A DNA stretch of 62,944 nt, counting the filler, from Parasitella parasitica NRRL 2501 (lineage: Eukaryota > Fungi > Mucoromycota), in assembly GCA_025201805.1 (NCBI GenBank). It is 11 parts of 11 records of this genome, joined end to end, with 100 filler letters (N's around TTAATTAATTAA, not from the genome) between each part and the next. Parts side by side here need not be neighbours in the genome. Positions count along the whole stretch, not along the records: positions 1 to 3,753 come from MU619352.1; positions 3,854 to 6,347 come from MU619504.1; positions 6,448 to 8,031 come from MU619333.1; positions 8,132 to 21,995 come from MU619391.1; 7 more parts are not named here. The stretch is one strand, 5' to 3'. The notes under the pieces are model-generated. The model ran no database searches. It saw only the letters and a program-made list of their open reading frames with translations, and had not been told where the DNA came from. Each line of letters starts with the position of its first letter. The stretch's first letter is position 1. Below, one piece after another: positions 1-10,726 of the stretch. Position numbers and translations under genes: made by a program.

Positions 1-1743
1 TACTAGTTATTTTTATGTGATGTAGTATGTATATGAAGAAAATTTCCTATTAACTGAAGAACATCTTTTTTTATTGCCTTGGTGTTACCTTTTCAGTAAT
101 TTTTTTGAGTTCTTGGTGACGAATTAATCACTCTTCTTATTCACAGTGATACTCTTAAATGCTTGGTGATGAATCAATCACTTATTCTATTTTTAGTGAT
201 TGTTTTTAAAGTTTAGTGATGAATAAACGTCTGATCGCAATTTTTTGAGCATAACGTCAATGGAAAATGGTTCGCGAAAACTAAAAGGGAGTTCTAATTG
301 AAGCTTACGATGTTTGAGTGATTGAGTTCTACATTTTGTGTGTAAAATCTAATCACTGGTGCTTATTTTGGACACCTAGTTGCTAAAGCATCACCAGTAG
401 TTAGGATTTTATCACACAAGTTGGCCATGGTATAGTAGCTACAAACAATTATTTAATGCACATAGCAATACCATGCTCTCATATGAAAGATTGAACTGAG
501 TAGAGCCTCTATATATTATTGACAAAAGGATTATTAATAGTTTATTAAAATAAGCTGGAATACACACCATGATGATAGCAATACACAAAAAATATGTTTG
601 CGTATCATTTATTTATTCCAAGCTATACTGCAAGCTTTTCCTTTATAATCAAAAATAAGCTACAATTTCTTGTGATAAAACTACAGATACGTGAAGATGT
701 TAGTACTCTGTATAGTGTACTTATATTTGGCACAAAATGTGCTAATATTGTCTGTTTTTTAAGTTAAAATACCAGTTTATAAAGTTGTAAAAAGTTAGTG
801 AAAACAAAAGGAAAAGACCAAGGAGAAGCTAACAAAGAAGCTAAAATATGCATTCGGTCATTACAATATGCAATGTTTGCGCTAAGCATGCAGTAAAAAG
901 CCAATAGAAGAATACCGCTACAAGGTCATCTCAACATTTGAAAGCAAGGCATGTACAAACAAAAATATACTTTATTCAAGTACAATATTGTTACTGGCGC
1001 TAGCATTATCATCACCAGCGGCTTTTTTTTTCATCATCTTCAACAACATTTTGGTTAACAGTAGGTACTTCTTCGTCACTTTTTGCTCTCGAATAAACAT
1101 TAGTATGATCGTGCGAGCATAAATAAACTTTTACTCAAAATAGATGCGATCTTTGCAATATCTCAACGAATATTTGGTAACAAATGTTACCACAAGCACA
1201 AAAAAAATCGAAATGTCTCAGGAATAATATTATATAATTAAAAAATGAGCCATCTCAACTTTTTTTATAAATGTACATTTGGGCTAAAATTATTTATGGT
1301 CTCACAAGCACATTAATGCTCCCATGACCCTAAAAATGTTCCCATTTGAGCACATTTATGTTCACCGAGAACATCCAGGACGCCATAGTGAACGGTTGCT
1401 TTGTCATACTCAAGTTCAGGAACAACTCGATCTGTGTCAATAAGGACAGGAAGCGTTTGGTACGTAGCTTATGTCGGTTTTCGCCTATTAATTGAAGGTT
1501 GAATCTCATCTCAATTCCAATATTGACACTGACATTCAAATGCAATTTTATAAAGACTTTTAGAAACCAGGACCAGAGCAATCCTGGCTTCTTTTTCAAT
1601 CTTTAATAAAGACCCTACGTTCTCCGTGATATAATCGCTTGTAGTCTCTTTATTCAATTGTCTTTGGAAATAATCGTTATTCATATAACTCTCAGCTTAC
1701 CCGACCTAAAAAAGTCTACTTGTGATTATTGCAAATATATTTT

Positions 1744-1997
1744 TGATTTATCAGAAAAATTCAAATAGAAATTAATCAGGTAAAGATCCGTTTATTACAT
1801 TCAAAAATAGAGGGTTTATATACTTTCTATGAACTGAGGGAAGCGATGTGAAGATAAATGTTCTAGTGATGAGATTCGGGAGATAGGATAGATTGTATCT
1901 ATCCCAAATGTCATGTCATATTATTTTATGATCTGATGTTTTACTCTTCAGTATGAGTTTATATTTATTGACCTCCGGTTTTAGAATTGATACATCA
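1744..1997. mobile_element. Solo LTR, family A (254 bp)
   Basis: TGAT...ATCA termini; 5-bp TSD ATTTT on both sides; copies at ~16495-16715, 42202-42456 and 60904-61158. Confidence 0.85.
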
Positions 1998-2377
1998 ATT
2001 TTGTTGTCTTTGCTCCACTCGATCAATGAAGTGAGCAAATATTCATTTAAAGTGAAATTACACTGCCACAAACCTAGAGCATACTGCATATTATCTATTA
2101 GCTTTAGAAGTATATGTCATTCACAATTTTTGTTCATATAATAAACTATAAAGAATCTGACATTTTGGCCTAAAAATCAAAATTTCGATCTTTCTGTTTT
2201 ATCCATAAATTTTTCAATAGAATTCACTTTGATTTTTGCGCAGTTATATAGAGCACCAACTCTTGTATTAATGTGTTGTATGACGCTTGGAGATTTGTAA
2301 TAAATTTTAGCATCACATTTTGAACCAAAGTGTTTCAAAATTGATTTTTTGGCAAAGTGAACCATTTAAAGCAAAAA

Positions 2378-3750
2378 AATGCGCTTGCTTTTCAATTTCA
2401 GCTGCGTGCTCAACTAAAGGCTGTTGAGGTACAACTGGTAAATATACCATAATATATCAGCATTGAACCATCTCTCTTTTAAGAAATCAGTACTAAAAGA
2501 TAGATCAAAATATGCATATTTTGAATATAACACCAATAAAAAGCACAACATATCTCATTACGGTAATATTCTTAAAATGATACTGCTGTATGTCCTAGAT
2601 TTGTCAATTTTGGTTTTTTTGTACTGAGCAGTGTAGAGGCAAGAGAAACAACCCAAATGTCAATTATAATACACTATTCAAATACTACAGTGCATTCAAA
2701 CTTTCCTGTCATAATTAGAAAACTAGAAACGGACTATGAGACTTCAAATAACTGATTTTTCCATTTTGTCCCCTTTTCGTCAAGACTTTAAATTGAAATA
2801 ACTTTTCATCCAAGCAACCAATTTTTAAAACATAAAAAGTATCATATTCGACAACATCAAGTCTATCTTTTCATTTAGCTTTGGTCTACCAGGTTATACT
2901 TTTTCCCTTAGTTTTATCACTTAATATTGTTTATTGGTTTGCATGCATTTACTGTTTACGCAAAAATAAGGTCACAGGCGTATTAAAAAATTGGCTACGC
3001 CTTTTTTTTTTTTTTTTGCTGCTTCTCCACTTTTATTACGCTATTATGTTACTATTATATACTCTTATACTTGATTATTTACAATCCATACGTATGAAAT
3101 TTGTGTTCATTATTGCTGGTATTATACGGTGTACCTCTTTGATTCTAGGTAAAGTAGTCGTTTTTTTCCCTTAAAAACAGTAAGTATTATACACGTTTCC
3201 TAAAAAAAACTTTAATTAACACTCTCATACGCGTTTTTGTATAGTACCTATCACAAGAAAACAATATACAGGATGGCGTGTTTCTAGTGCAGTAGTTTAT
3301 TCAGGTATTATTATTTATCATGTTTTTGTAAGAGCTTTTTTACTAACTGAAATATCTTTTTTGCTCTATATTTGTAGTTTTGGTTCTCTCTTGATGTCAA
3401 GTGGATGGCCTATCACTGAAACTTGACATTAGGTGTTTATCCGGGTCATACAGGAGCATGTAGGCTGTTTCTACTCATTGACTGTGCTTACCCTAGCAGT
3501 TCTTGAGATGGGCCATTTTATCCGAAGCTAGGAAGTGCGGTAAGGCATTTTTTGGCTTTTTAGGGGTGGTATTCCTTGAAATTCTACCAATTTCTATTTT
3601 TGGTAGAATTTCAAGCTCCGCCTAACATCAAAACAGGGGGAAACCCTGTTTTTTTGTTTTTAGGATTTTGGGGTTGACTTAGCCAAATTAATTGCTCGAT
3701 TTATAATTTTTCAGCACTTTTTTTTTTTATGAAAAAAATGATAAACACAA
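2378..3750. repeat. Large non-coding dispersed repeat G1
   Basis: Collinear diverged direct copy at ~53395-54725; no convincing ORF; several hairpins near the 3' end. Confidence 0.85.
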
Positions 3751-3797
3751 CTANNNNNNNNNNNNNNNNNNNNNNNNNNNNNNNNNNNNNNNNNNNN

Positions 3798-3809
3798 TTA
3801 ATTAATTAA
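3798..3809. other. Artificial TTAATTAATTAA linker inside an N-run (also near 6392, 8076, 22040, 23979, 25800, 27728, 29662, 45971, 60751)
   Basis: The same 12-mer with stops in all six frames, centred in uniform N-runs ten times. Confidence 0.97.
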
Positions 3810-3853
3810 NNNNNNNNNNNNNNNNNNNNNNNNNNNNNNNNNNNNNNNNNNNN

Positions 3854-4442
3854 CATTCAATCTTGGAATAGCAAAATAAATATATTCAGTTCTAATTGTA
3901 TTTTTCTGGCTATATTTTGTTATTCTAAACAGGTGTATCTTTATACTTATTTTTCAGAGCTTCATCTAGTAGAAAAATTTTGGATAGTAGCCAAAAGCAA
4001 AGTGAAACATCATAAGGTTTTGCAAGAAGATACTTTATCAAAAAGAATGATGAAAGCCTGCAGCAGCGTGAAAAAAGATCTCTTAAGTGTTGGGATATAT
4101 ATCGAAACAGAGAATCCATGTAATGGTCAGAAGCAACAAGAGTTAACAGCGTTGCTATAAAATTGAGGTACTGTAAGTAGCAATTATGCATTTTTTAAGA
4201 GTTTTTAAGAGGAGCAAAAAATAAAAAAAAAGCTATAACATTATGTTATAGCAAATGGGAGTATTGATTGGTCAAGAAATAGCTATAACATTGTGTTATA
4301 GCAGAGGACACTTTTGATTGGCTAGTTAATACCTGTTCAAATTGAAATTTTAAAAACTATAACATATTGTTATAGTTGTGTGTGTTTTCGTATATTTCCG
4401 TGTTATACTGCTGTTATAGCTAAACATTTTATGGCAGACCGC
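3854..4442 (+). repeat. Left arm of a 589-bp inverted repeat
   Basis: Reverse complement of 5759-6347 (identical ORF translations in both arms); contains an LTR end (3854-3930), a Tc1 transposase remnant and repeated GCTATAACA motifs. Confidence 0.95.
3933..4160 (+). pseudogene. IS630/Tc1-like DDE transposase C-terminal remnant (mirror copy 6041-6268, minus strand)
   Basis: FSELHLVEKFWIVAKSKVK resembles the YSPELNPIExFWxxxKxxVK motif. Confidence 0.7.
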
Positions 4443-4639
4443 GTCAAATTATTAAAGTGATTTTCTTTAAATGCTACAACAACATCTCTTTATTTCTTTG
4501 AGTTTTCTTTGCGCAATTTATAGGCTCAACTATTAGCGATCTATCTTTGGTTCTCAATGCCTAAAATAATTTTTTGTTTAACTTTTTTTATTAAATGTGA
4601 CAATGGGAACATATCAATAGCTGATGCTAAAAAGTGAAT

Positions 4640-5770
4640 TTAACATGATAACCGTCTTGCTCTGGGAGGTGGCGATGATGAGGATCCTGTTAAAGGTGCA
4701 TCCTGTTGGTGTTCAGTGTTTTCAGCTTGCTTTTGCTTTTTCATAGCACGGTGATAAGCACTTTGAGCACTTTTGTACGAATTATACTGCTCAAAGCGGC
4801 CCAGTATTTTCCACTGTTGGAATTGAGCTTTCCATGGTATTTGTCCGTTTTTGTTCACTTGTTGCTCAGCAAATTCGAAATCGGACAATGCATCCTCAAA
4901 GTTTTGCTTTTGTGCAATTTCATCGACATAGGTAATGACATTATTTAAAATGTTTACGGCTGTTTCAATACGCACGCCGACAGGTTGATCTTGATTTTCA
5001 AGGGCTGCCTTTGCCTTATTGCATTCTGATTTTGATTGATTACACACTCTCTTTAATACATTGATAGAGCATTCTTCGTCATGGATAAGGCTACCAAGTA
5101 TACTTTTCATTTTGGAGTACAGGCAAATTAATGTTGGATCATTGCATAGTGTAAAGCTGGTAAGCGATGCCTCTTGTTCAATAAGGCAGTGAACAAGTGC
5201 AAGAAATCGGTTTAACGGGGTTTCGTTGAGATATGGTGCAATAGTGTCTGCATTGAGAAGTAGACATGAGCGGGCCCAGCCAATACTGGACAGTTGCTTT
5301 GCAAAAGGAATATTAGAACCAGGTATTTCAGTTTCAAGTACTTCTCTGGTTGTCGAATTAATCACAATTGCTACAACAATAGGGAGCGTGGACCCTTTAT
5401 GTTGTCTAGTAACTGAACGCGAGTAATCAATCAGTCGTTGATAAAAATTCATATCTGCCTTATTTTGAATCTCGATTAGGATGCGAGGTAGGTCATTAGA
5501 GCGGTTGACTGGCTCATACGCAACGTCGGAGCGAGTGAAATCAATCCACTCGGTTGGAATGGCAACATATTGATCTTTTGCCTTTGGGCCTACACAAACG
5601 AAAAGAATTAGTCCCATGCTAACAAGCACATTTAAGATCATACCAATAACAGCTGAGACAACAATATTCATAACATCTTGATCAATTAATAACAACTTGC
5701 TCATTAAGTCGGTTCCAGGTAGATATTTTCTTGGAAGAGAAAAAGTCATAAGATTGATGCGGTCTGCCAT
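4640..5770 (-). CDS. Rpn/YhgA-like PD-(D/E)XK nuclease-family protein; start codon uncertain
   Basis: RSDVAY...ILIEIQNKADMNFYQRLIDY fits the Rpn-type R-x-D...IE-x-Q...R-x-x-x-Y pattern; probable in-frame 54-nt GT-AG intron at 5590-5643 with ACTAAT branch site. Confidence 0.65.
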   Translation of the reverse strand: MADRINLMTFSLPRKYLPGTDLMSKLLLIDQDVMNIVVSAVIGMILNVLVSMGLILFVCVGPKAKDQYVAIPTEWIDFTRSDVAYEPVNRSNDLPRILIEIQNKADMNFYQRLIDYSRSVTRQHKGSTLPIVVAIVINSTTREVLETEIPGSNIPFAKQLSSIGWARSCLLLNADTIAPYLNETPLNRFLALVHCLIEQEASLTSFTLCNDPTLICLYSKMKSILGSLIHDEECSINVLKRVCNQSKSECNKAKAALENQDQPVGVRIETAVNILNNVITYVDEIAQKQNFEDALSDFEFAEQQVNKNGQIPWKAQFQQWKILGRFEQYNSYKSAQSAYHRAMKKQKQAENTEHQQDAPLTGSSSSPPPRARRLSC

Positions 5771-6347
5771 AAAATGTTTAGCTATAACAGCAGTATAACA
5801 CGGAAATATACGAAAACACACACAACTATAACAATATGTTATAGTTTTTAAAATTTCAATTTGAACAGGTATTAACTAGCCAATCAAAAGTGTCCTCTGC
5901 TATAACACAATGTTATAGCTATTTCTTGACCAATCAATACTCCCATTTGCTATAACATAATGTTATAGCTTTTTTTTTATTTTTTGCTCCTCTTAAAAAC
6001 TCTTAAAAAATGCATAATTGCTACTTACAGTACCTCAATTTTATAGCAACGCTGTTAACTCTTGTTGCTTCTGACCATTACATGGATTCTCTGTTTCGAT
6101 ATATATCCCAACACTTAAGAGATCTTTTTTCACGCTGCTGCAGGCTTTCATCATTCTTTTTGATAAAGTATCTTCTTGCAAAACCTTATGATGTTTCACT
6201 TTGCTTTTGGCTACTATCCAAAATTTTTCTACTAGATGAAGCTCTGAAAAATAAGTATAAAGATACACCTGTTTAGAATAACAAAATATAGCCAGAAAAA
6301 TACAATTAGAACTGAATATATTTATTTTGCTATTCCAAGATTGAATG
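5759..6347 (-). repeat. Right arm of the 589-bp inverted repeat
   Basis: Reverse complement of 3854-4442. Confidence 0.95.
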
Positions 6348-6743
6348 NNNNNNNNNNNNNNNNNNNNNNNNNNNNNNNNNNNNNNNNNNNNTTAATTAAT
6401 TAANNNNNNNNNNNNNNNNNNNNNNNNNNNNNNNNNNNNNNNNNNNNAACGGGAGGCATTTTAATTACTATTTTTGGAAAAAAGTGAAGTTTCTTTGAAG
6501 GTAAATGCAGTGAAAGTTTATAAACAAAACAAATTCGAATCATTTAAAAAATATCTGTGTATGCAATAAACTTTGTACGCATAGAGCGTAATTGTAAAAA
6601 ATCAAACCCTCATCCATTCAAAAATCTTCATTTAGCATCGGCCCAACTGGGCTGAATCGGCCCAAATGGGCTGACCTAATCTATACTTGTTAATAAAAAA
6701 AGACTTTTGTCCTAATTAATAGTATACGTCTACTTATCCGTAT

Positions 6744-8010
6744 CTATTTACCCCTTTGTTTTAAAGCTGGGCGACAATTAAACAGCTTAAGATCTTCAGG
6801 ATTGTTTAGCAACTGGGCACTGTCGAAATACTTGAATTGATTTTCATAAAAAAATTGATCAATAAATACTTTTTGTAGGCTTGAGTTGTTTCTGGATACA
6901 AAATGTTTGTAAGTTCATTACTATTTTAGAATTTACGCTCTTTGTTACCTTAATAATTGCTTGAGATCTGCACAGTTAGTGGTGAAGCCAGCATAATCAA
7001 TTGATATAACGCATATTTTTGGATTGTTGTTTAAAAATTTCAGAAAATCTACTGTGCTTCCATGAGTGTTGTTCAATTGTGACAAGATATGGTTTACATC
7101 TTTCAAATCGCGCTTTAAAAATATTTGCTTCGCTGTACTAAGGGGAGAAACAAAGACCTTATCCACTAATGATCTTTTGTACAATACATCTATCATCCTT
7201 TGTAAGCAAAGGACTCTGTTTTCTGTATTTCCAAAGGATTTTCTACAATAACCAATTACTTGATATCCTTCTTTCTTCATTTCATTTATTATCTGTTGGT
7301 GTTTTGGCAATACTTCGACAATATCTTTTATCACAGAATCTATAACAACAGCCAGTAAGTTGCTGTGTTCTTAATCGCCAACTTCAAACTTACCGTAATA
7401 TTTGTTGTCTAAGACATACAATTGTCTGCTTCGAAGTTTTATCTCTTTTTCTTTAACCTTTATGCTTTTTCGTTCAGGCTCAGTTGAGATTAAATCAACT
7501 TTCTGCGAATTCAACCATTGGCTAAACCCCAGAGGAGTCTTTTTGTCGAATATATGACTATATTTCCAAATGATTGATAAGATATCCTTATCATATACAG
7601 AAAGCAGTTGGTAGCGAGGGTCAGAGAAGCATTCCTCTTTTGGTCTAAAAATATAATTGATAAAATCAACGACTTGACTTCCATTTTCTACATTGTACAT
7701 TTAATTAGAAGTTAATGAATTTTTGAAATTGCTTTCTAGCCTCACATTTACCAAGTATGATATCTTTCTCATTATTTGTATTTTTGCTGGGTATAACTTC
7801 AGTTAATTCTTCTTTAGTTTTGTACAATTTGTAAAAAGCTGGCGCGCCAAATACACGATGGTTGCAAACGAGCATGGGTTCATATGGATTGTTAACGTAG
7901 CAGAGAGTAACATCGGGTGATGTCTCCACATTGAGAAGACAAACTTTAACATTTTCCTCATTGTATTGTTTACAGTAAAATATGCAACTGGCTTCTTCTT
8001 TAGAAATCAT
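6744..8010 (-). CDS. Four-exon gene (363 aa) with a C-terminal serine-recombinase/resolvase-like domain
   Basis: Exons 8010-7752, 7687-7394, 7339-6949 and 6891-6744 join in frame through three GT-AG introns; VIGYCRKS resembles the resolvase GY-x-R-x-S catalytic motif. Confidence 0.65.
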
Positions 8011-8132
8011 TTTTAGTAATGAAAGAGACCANNNNNNNNNNNNNNNNNNNNNNNNNNNNNNNNNNNNNNNNNNNNTTAATTAATTAANNNNNNNNNNNNN
8101 NNNNNNNNNNNNNNNNNNNNNNNNNNNNNNNA

Positions 8133-8455
8133 CCATGAGAGGCAAAAGATCTGGACCTACAAAGACTATCATAAAAGCTCTTCAAAAATGTAAAGAAAAT
8201 CGTGGTGTTACAGTCCAAATGGTAGACGAATACCTCTCCAGTCAAGTCTGCAACAACTGCAAAAAAAGAAATGTTGAAAACGTTGTGCAACGATCAGCAA
8301 AGCGAAGAGTATTACAGTGTCAAGAAACCGCTTGTAATATTATTTGGAATCGCGATATAATGGTTGCAAAAAACATCCTCAACATATTTTTACATGAAGC
8401 AAGAAACAATGACGCTCGTCTTTCACCATTCCAGCGTTCTGAATCAAAAGAATAA
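8133..8455 (+). CDS. Fanzor/TnpB-like nuclease, C-terminal part (5' end lost in gap)
   Basis: VDEYLSSQVCNNC (RuvC-II Glu plus first Cys pair), LQCQETAC (second Cys pair), WNRDIMVAKNI (RuvC-III Asp). Confidence 0.88.
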
Positions 8456-8620
8456 TTGCAAGCATTGTGTGTCATTGACATTACTCTTTGATACGCCATG
8501 GGTATTCGGTTTATCCTATACACCATTAAAGGTGAGTAAAATTGTCCAAAGAAAAAAAAAAGAAAGTATTACCCTCTCACCCATTTTCTTTTAAAATTAG
8601 CTCCTCCGTTGGAGATGCTC
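8440..8620 (+). ncRNA. Candidate Fanzor omega-RNA scaffold region
   Basis: Lies between the Fanzor 3' end and a transposon terminus; local pairing potential (TGTCA-T-TGACA 8470-8480; GGTGAG 8531-8536 with CTCACC 8576-8581). Positional inference. Confidence 0.45.
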
Positions 8621-8623
8621 TTA
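8608..8623. mobile_element. PIF/Harbinger (Tourist-like) terminal inverted repeat with TTA target site
   Basis: GTTGGAGATGCTC|TTA is the reverse complement of TAA|GAGCATCTCCAAC, a Tourist/PIF-type terminus; the partner end is not visible. Confidence 0.6.
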
Positions 8624-8974
8624 GTTACAATAACGAGTGTGTACTACGTCTTTGAGAATTGTGCGCTTGGTTACCATGATCTAAATAGTATAGAAATATT
8701 AGCGAAAGTTTTATTTGGTTTGATTGTTGGAATCAAACAATACTTGGTTTAGACTGACGGCATAATTAGAGGAAATGGACTAATGAATTATACATGTATA
8801 AGAAAGAAAATGGGATAGTTGAAGATAGTAATTTTTTTTAAGGAAATGGAGGTGTTTTGATAGATAAAACAAGTTAAACCATACAATGATGGTCAAGTAT
8901 ATAAATGAATGAGAGAAAATCGAAGAAGAAGAAAGGGTATATTTACATTGAAAGGACCTACAGTTTCTTTAGAT

Positions 8975-10589
8975 TTAACAACTATAAATCTTTTGAATAC
9001 CGAAAATTTCTGTCCTGCAAATGGCACACTCAGTCAGCTTTTGTGCACAGAGTTGGCAATAAGCTAGATAGAAAAAAAAATTAGCGCAAGTTTGGCTGAC
9101 AAATACTTGGTAAATACATACCATAGTGATAGCAGGGTAATAAGCAGTATTCAATGTTTCTGGTGAAGCACAGGCGACATTTATTTAGCTCATCATCTTT
9201 ACCAGACTTTGTCTTTTCTTCCACCATGACAAGAACTTCTTCCTTTAATTTCTCATTATCATTCATTAAATGTACAACATCCAATTCGATCTTGGAGAGT
9301 CTCTCTTGACAGTTGATTCTTAATATATTTTGTTCGTTGTGTTCATTTTTGTTGCGGTGCAGTTCTGTTTGGAGGTCAGCTGTCTTGACCTTTAGTCTAT
9401 CAGCTTTGGATGCCAAGCTGTCAAACTTTGTTGTAAGCGAATCGATGGCGCTCTTGAGTTGTGAATTTTCGTTCGTTAGTTTGTCCATTTCAAATTTGAG
9501 GGAAAAAAATTGTTGATTTTTCTCTATATTAAGAGCTGAGGTGGTGTTGGGGTTTACGGTAGGATCTGAGCTCATGACAGGTGATGTGACATTGGAACAA
9601 GACGATGCTGAGGATGATCTTGAAAGTACAGGCATAGAAGTGGGTCTCTTGGCCATAACGCAGGTTGGGATGATAAGAGGTTTGCTTCCTGTTGGTTTCA
9701 GTAACTGCACATCTGTTTCTGAAATAGTATCCAAGCTATTGCTGTTGTTGGAATGCAATGTCGCCAAAAGGTCAGCTTGATGCCCTTCTGCGGGAGGAGC
9801 AAGATGGTTTCCAGGGGAACGAGTAGGTGGTTGCTGAGGAGATGCTATTTTTTCTGTGAGAGTTTTGTGCTTTTTAACCATGTATTCCTCATGGCTAATA
9901 CAATTGTGAATGTGAAAGTTTGGTCTAGGAAACGCAACTTGATGAGCAGGCAAAACCCAGCTACATTTTTTTGCGCCGTCAACATCGCCATTCTTGCATG
10001 CAAAGATGATTGCACTGTTTGCTCTACTGATACGCATAGTTACGGGGCTGTGGCAAAAACATTTTGGCAGGACAATTGGTGGATTCAATTCAAATTTGTT
10101 AGAGATGCGGAAGATGGCGCAGAAAGTAAAATTATACAAAGGACAGCTACGAAGCTCGACATAATCCAAACTGACAAGGTTTGTGGCTTTAAGAGTATCA
10201 CAAAACTTTGTCCAGGATATTTCGTGCACATGAAACCCGCAGACATATTTGCTTTGAGTCTTATGTAGGGTTGTTGCAGGGTCTAACTCAAAATTACTGC
10301 AGACAAGGACAGGACCGTACTCACTAGTATAGGTTCTAAAAGCCTTTTTTCCACAAAAGCATTGAACAGGCATTGGGAGAATAACATCGAGCTGTTCTTT
10401 TGAGGGACTGATAAGGCGAGTGTTTGCATTGAGGTTTGTGTTTGGTGGTGGTGTGAAGGATGGTTTCGTAGGTGCTGCGGTAGGCGATGAAGTGACAGGA
10501 GAAGAAGGCGCTCTCCTGTTCAACGGACGTTGTTTTCGGTTTTCCTGGGCTTCTTCTTGAATCCAATTCAGCCATCTATTGTTGGACAT
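8975..10589 (-). CDS. C3HC4 RING-finger protein with N-terminal GRF-like zinc fingers and a coiled coil
   Basis: Exon 10589-9122, intron 9121-9064; exon 2 completes CRLC...PCYHYAYCQLC...CAIC; CFCG and CFCH zinc motifs upstream. Confidence 0.85.
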
Positions 10590-10726
10590 GATAAATTGCT
10601 TTTGAGAGAAGAAAGGAAAAAAGAATTAAAATTTTTTTAGAAGGCTTTATTCAAGAGAGGAAGGTGGTGTGTGCATGCGAAGAATAATGAAATCAAGAGG
10701 AGATTTTATTTGAAGACACTACTTTA

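Noticed and set aside
3798-3809. Recurrent TTAATTAATTAA as a biological repeat
   Set aside because: Always centred in fixed-length N-runs; an assembly linker.
6744-8455. Serine recombinase plus Fanzor as one IS607-like element
   Set aside because: They are separated by an artificial linker gap and point away from each other, and the Fanzor ends in a Harbinger-like TIR; linkage cannot be claimed.
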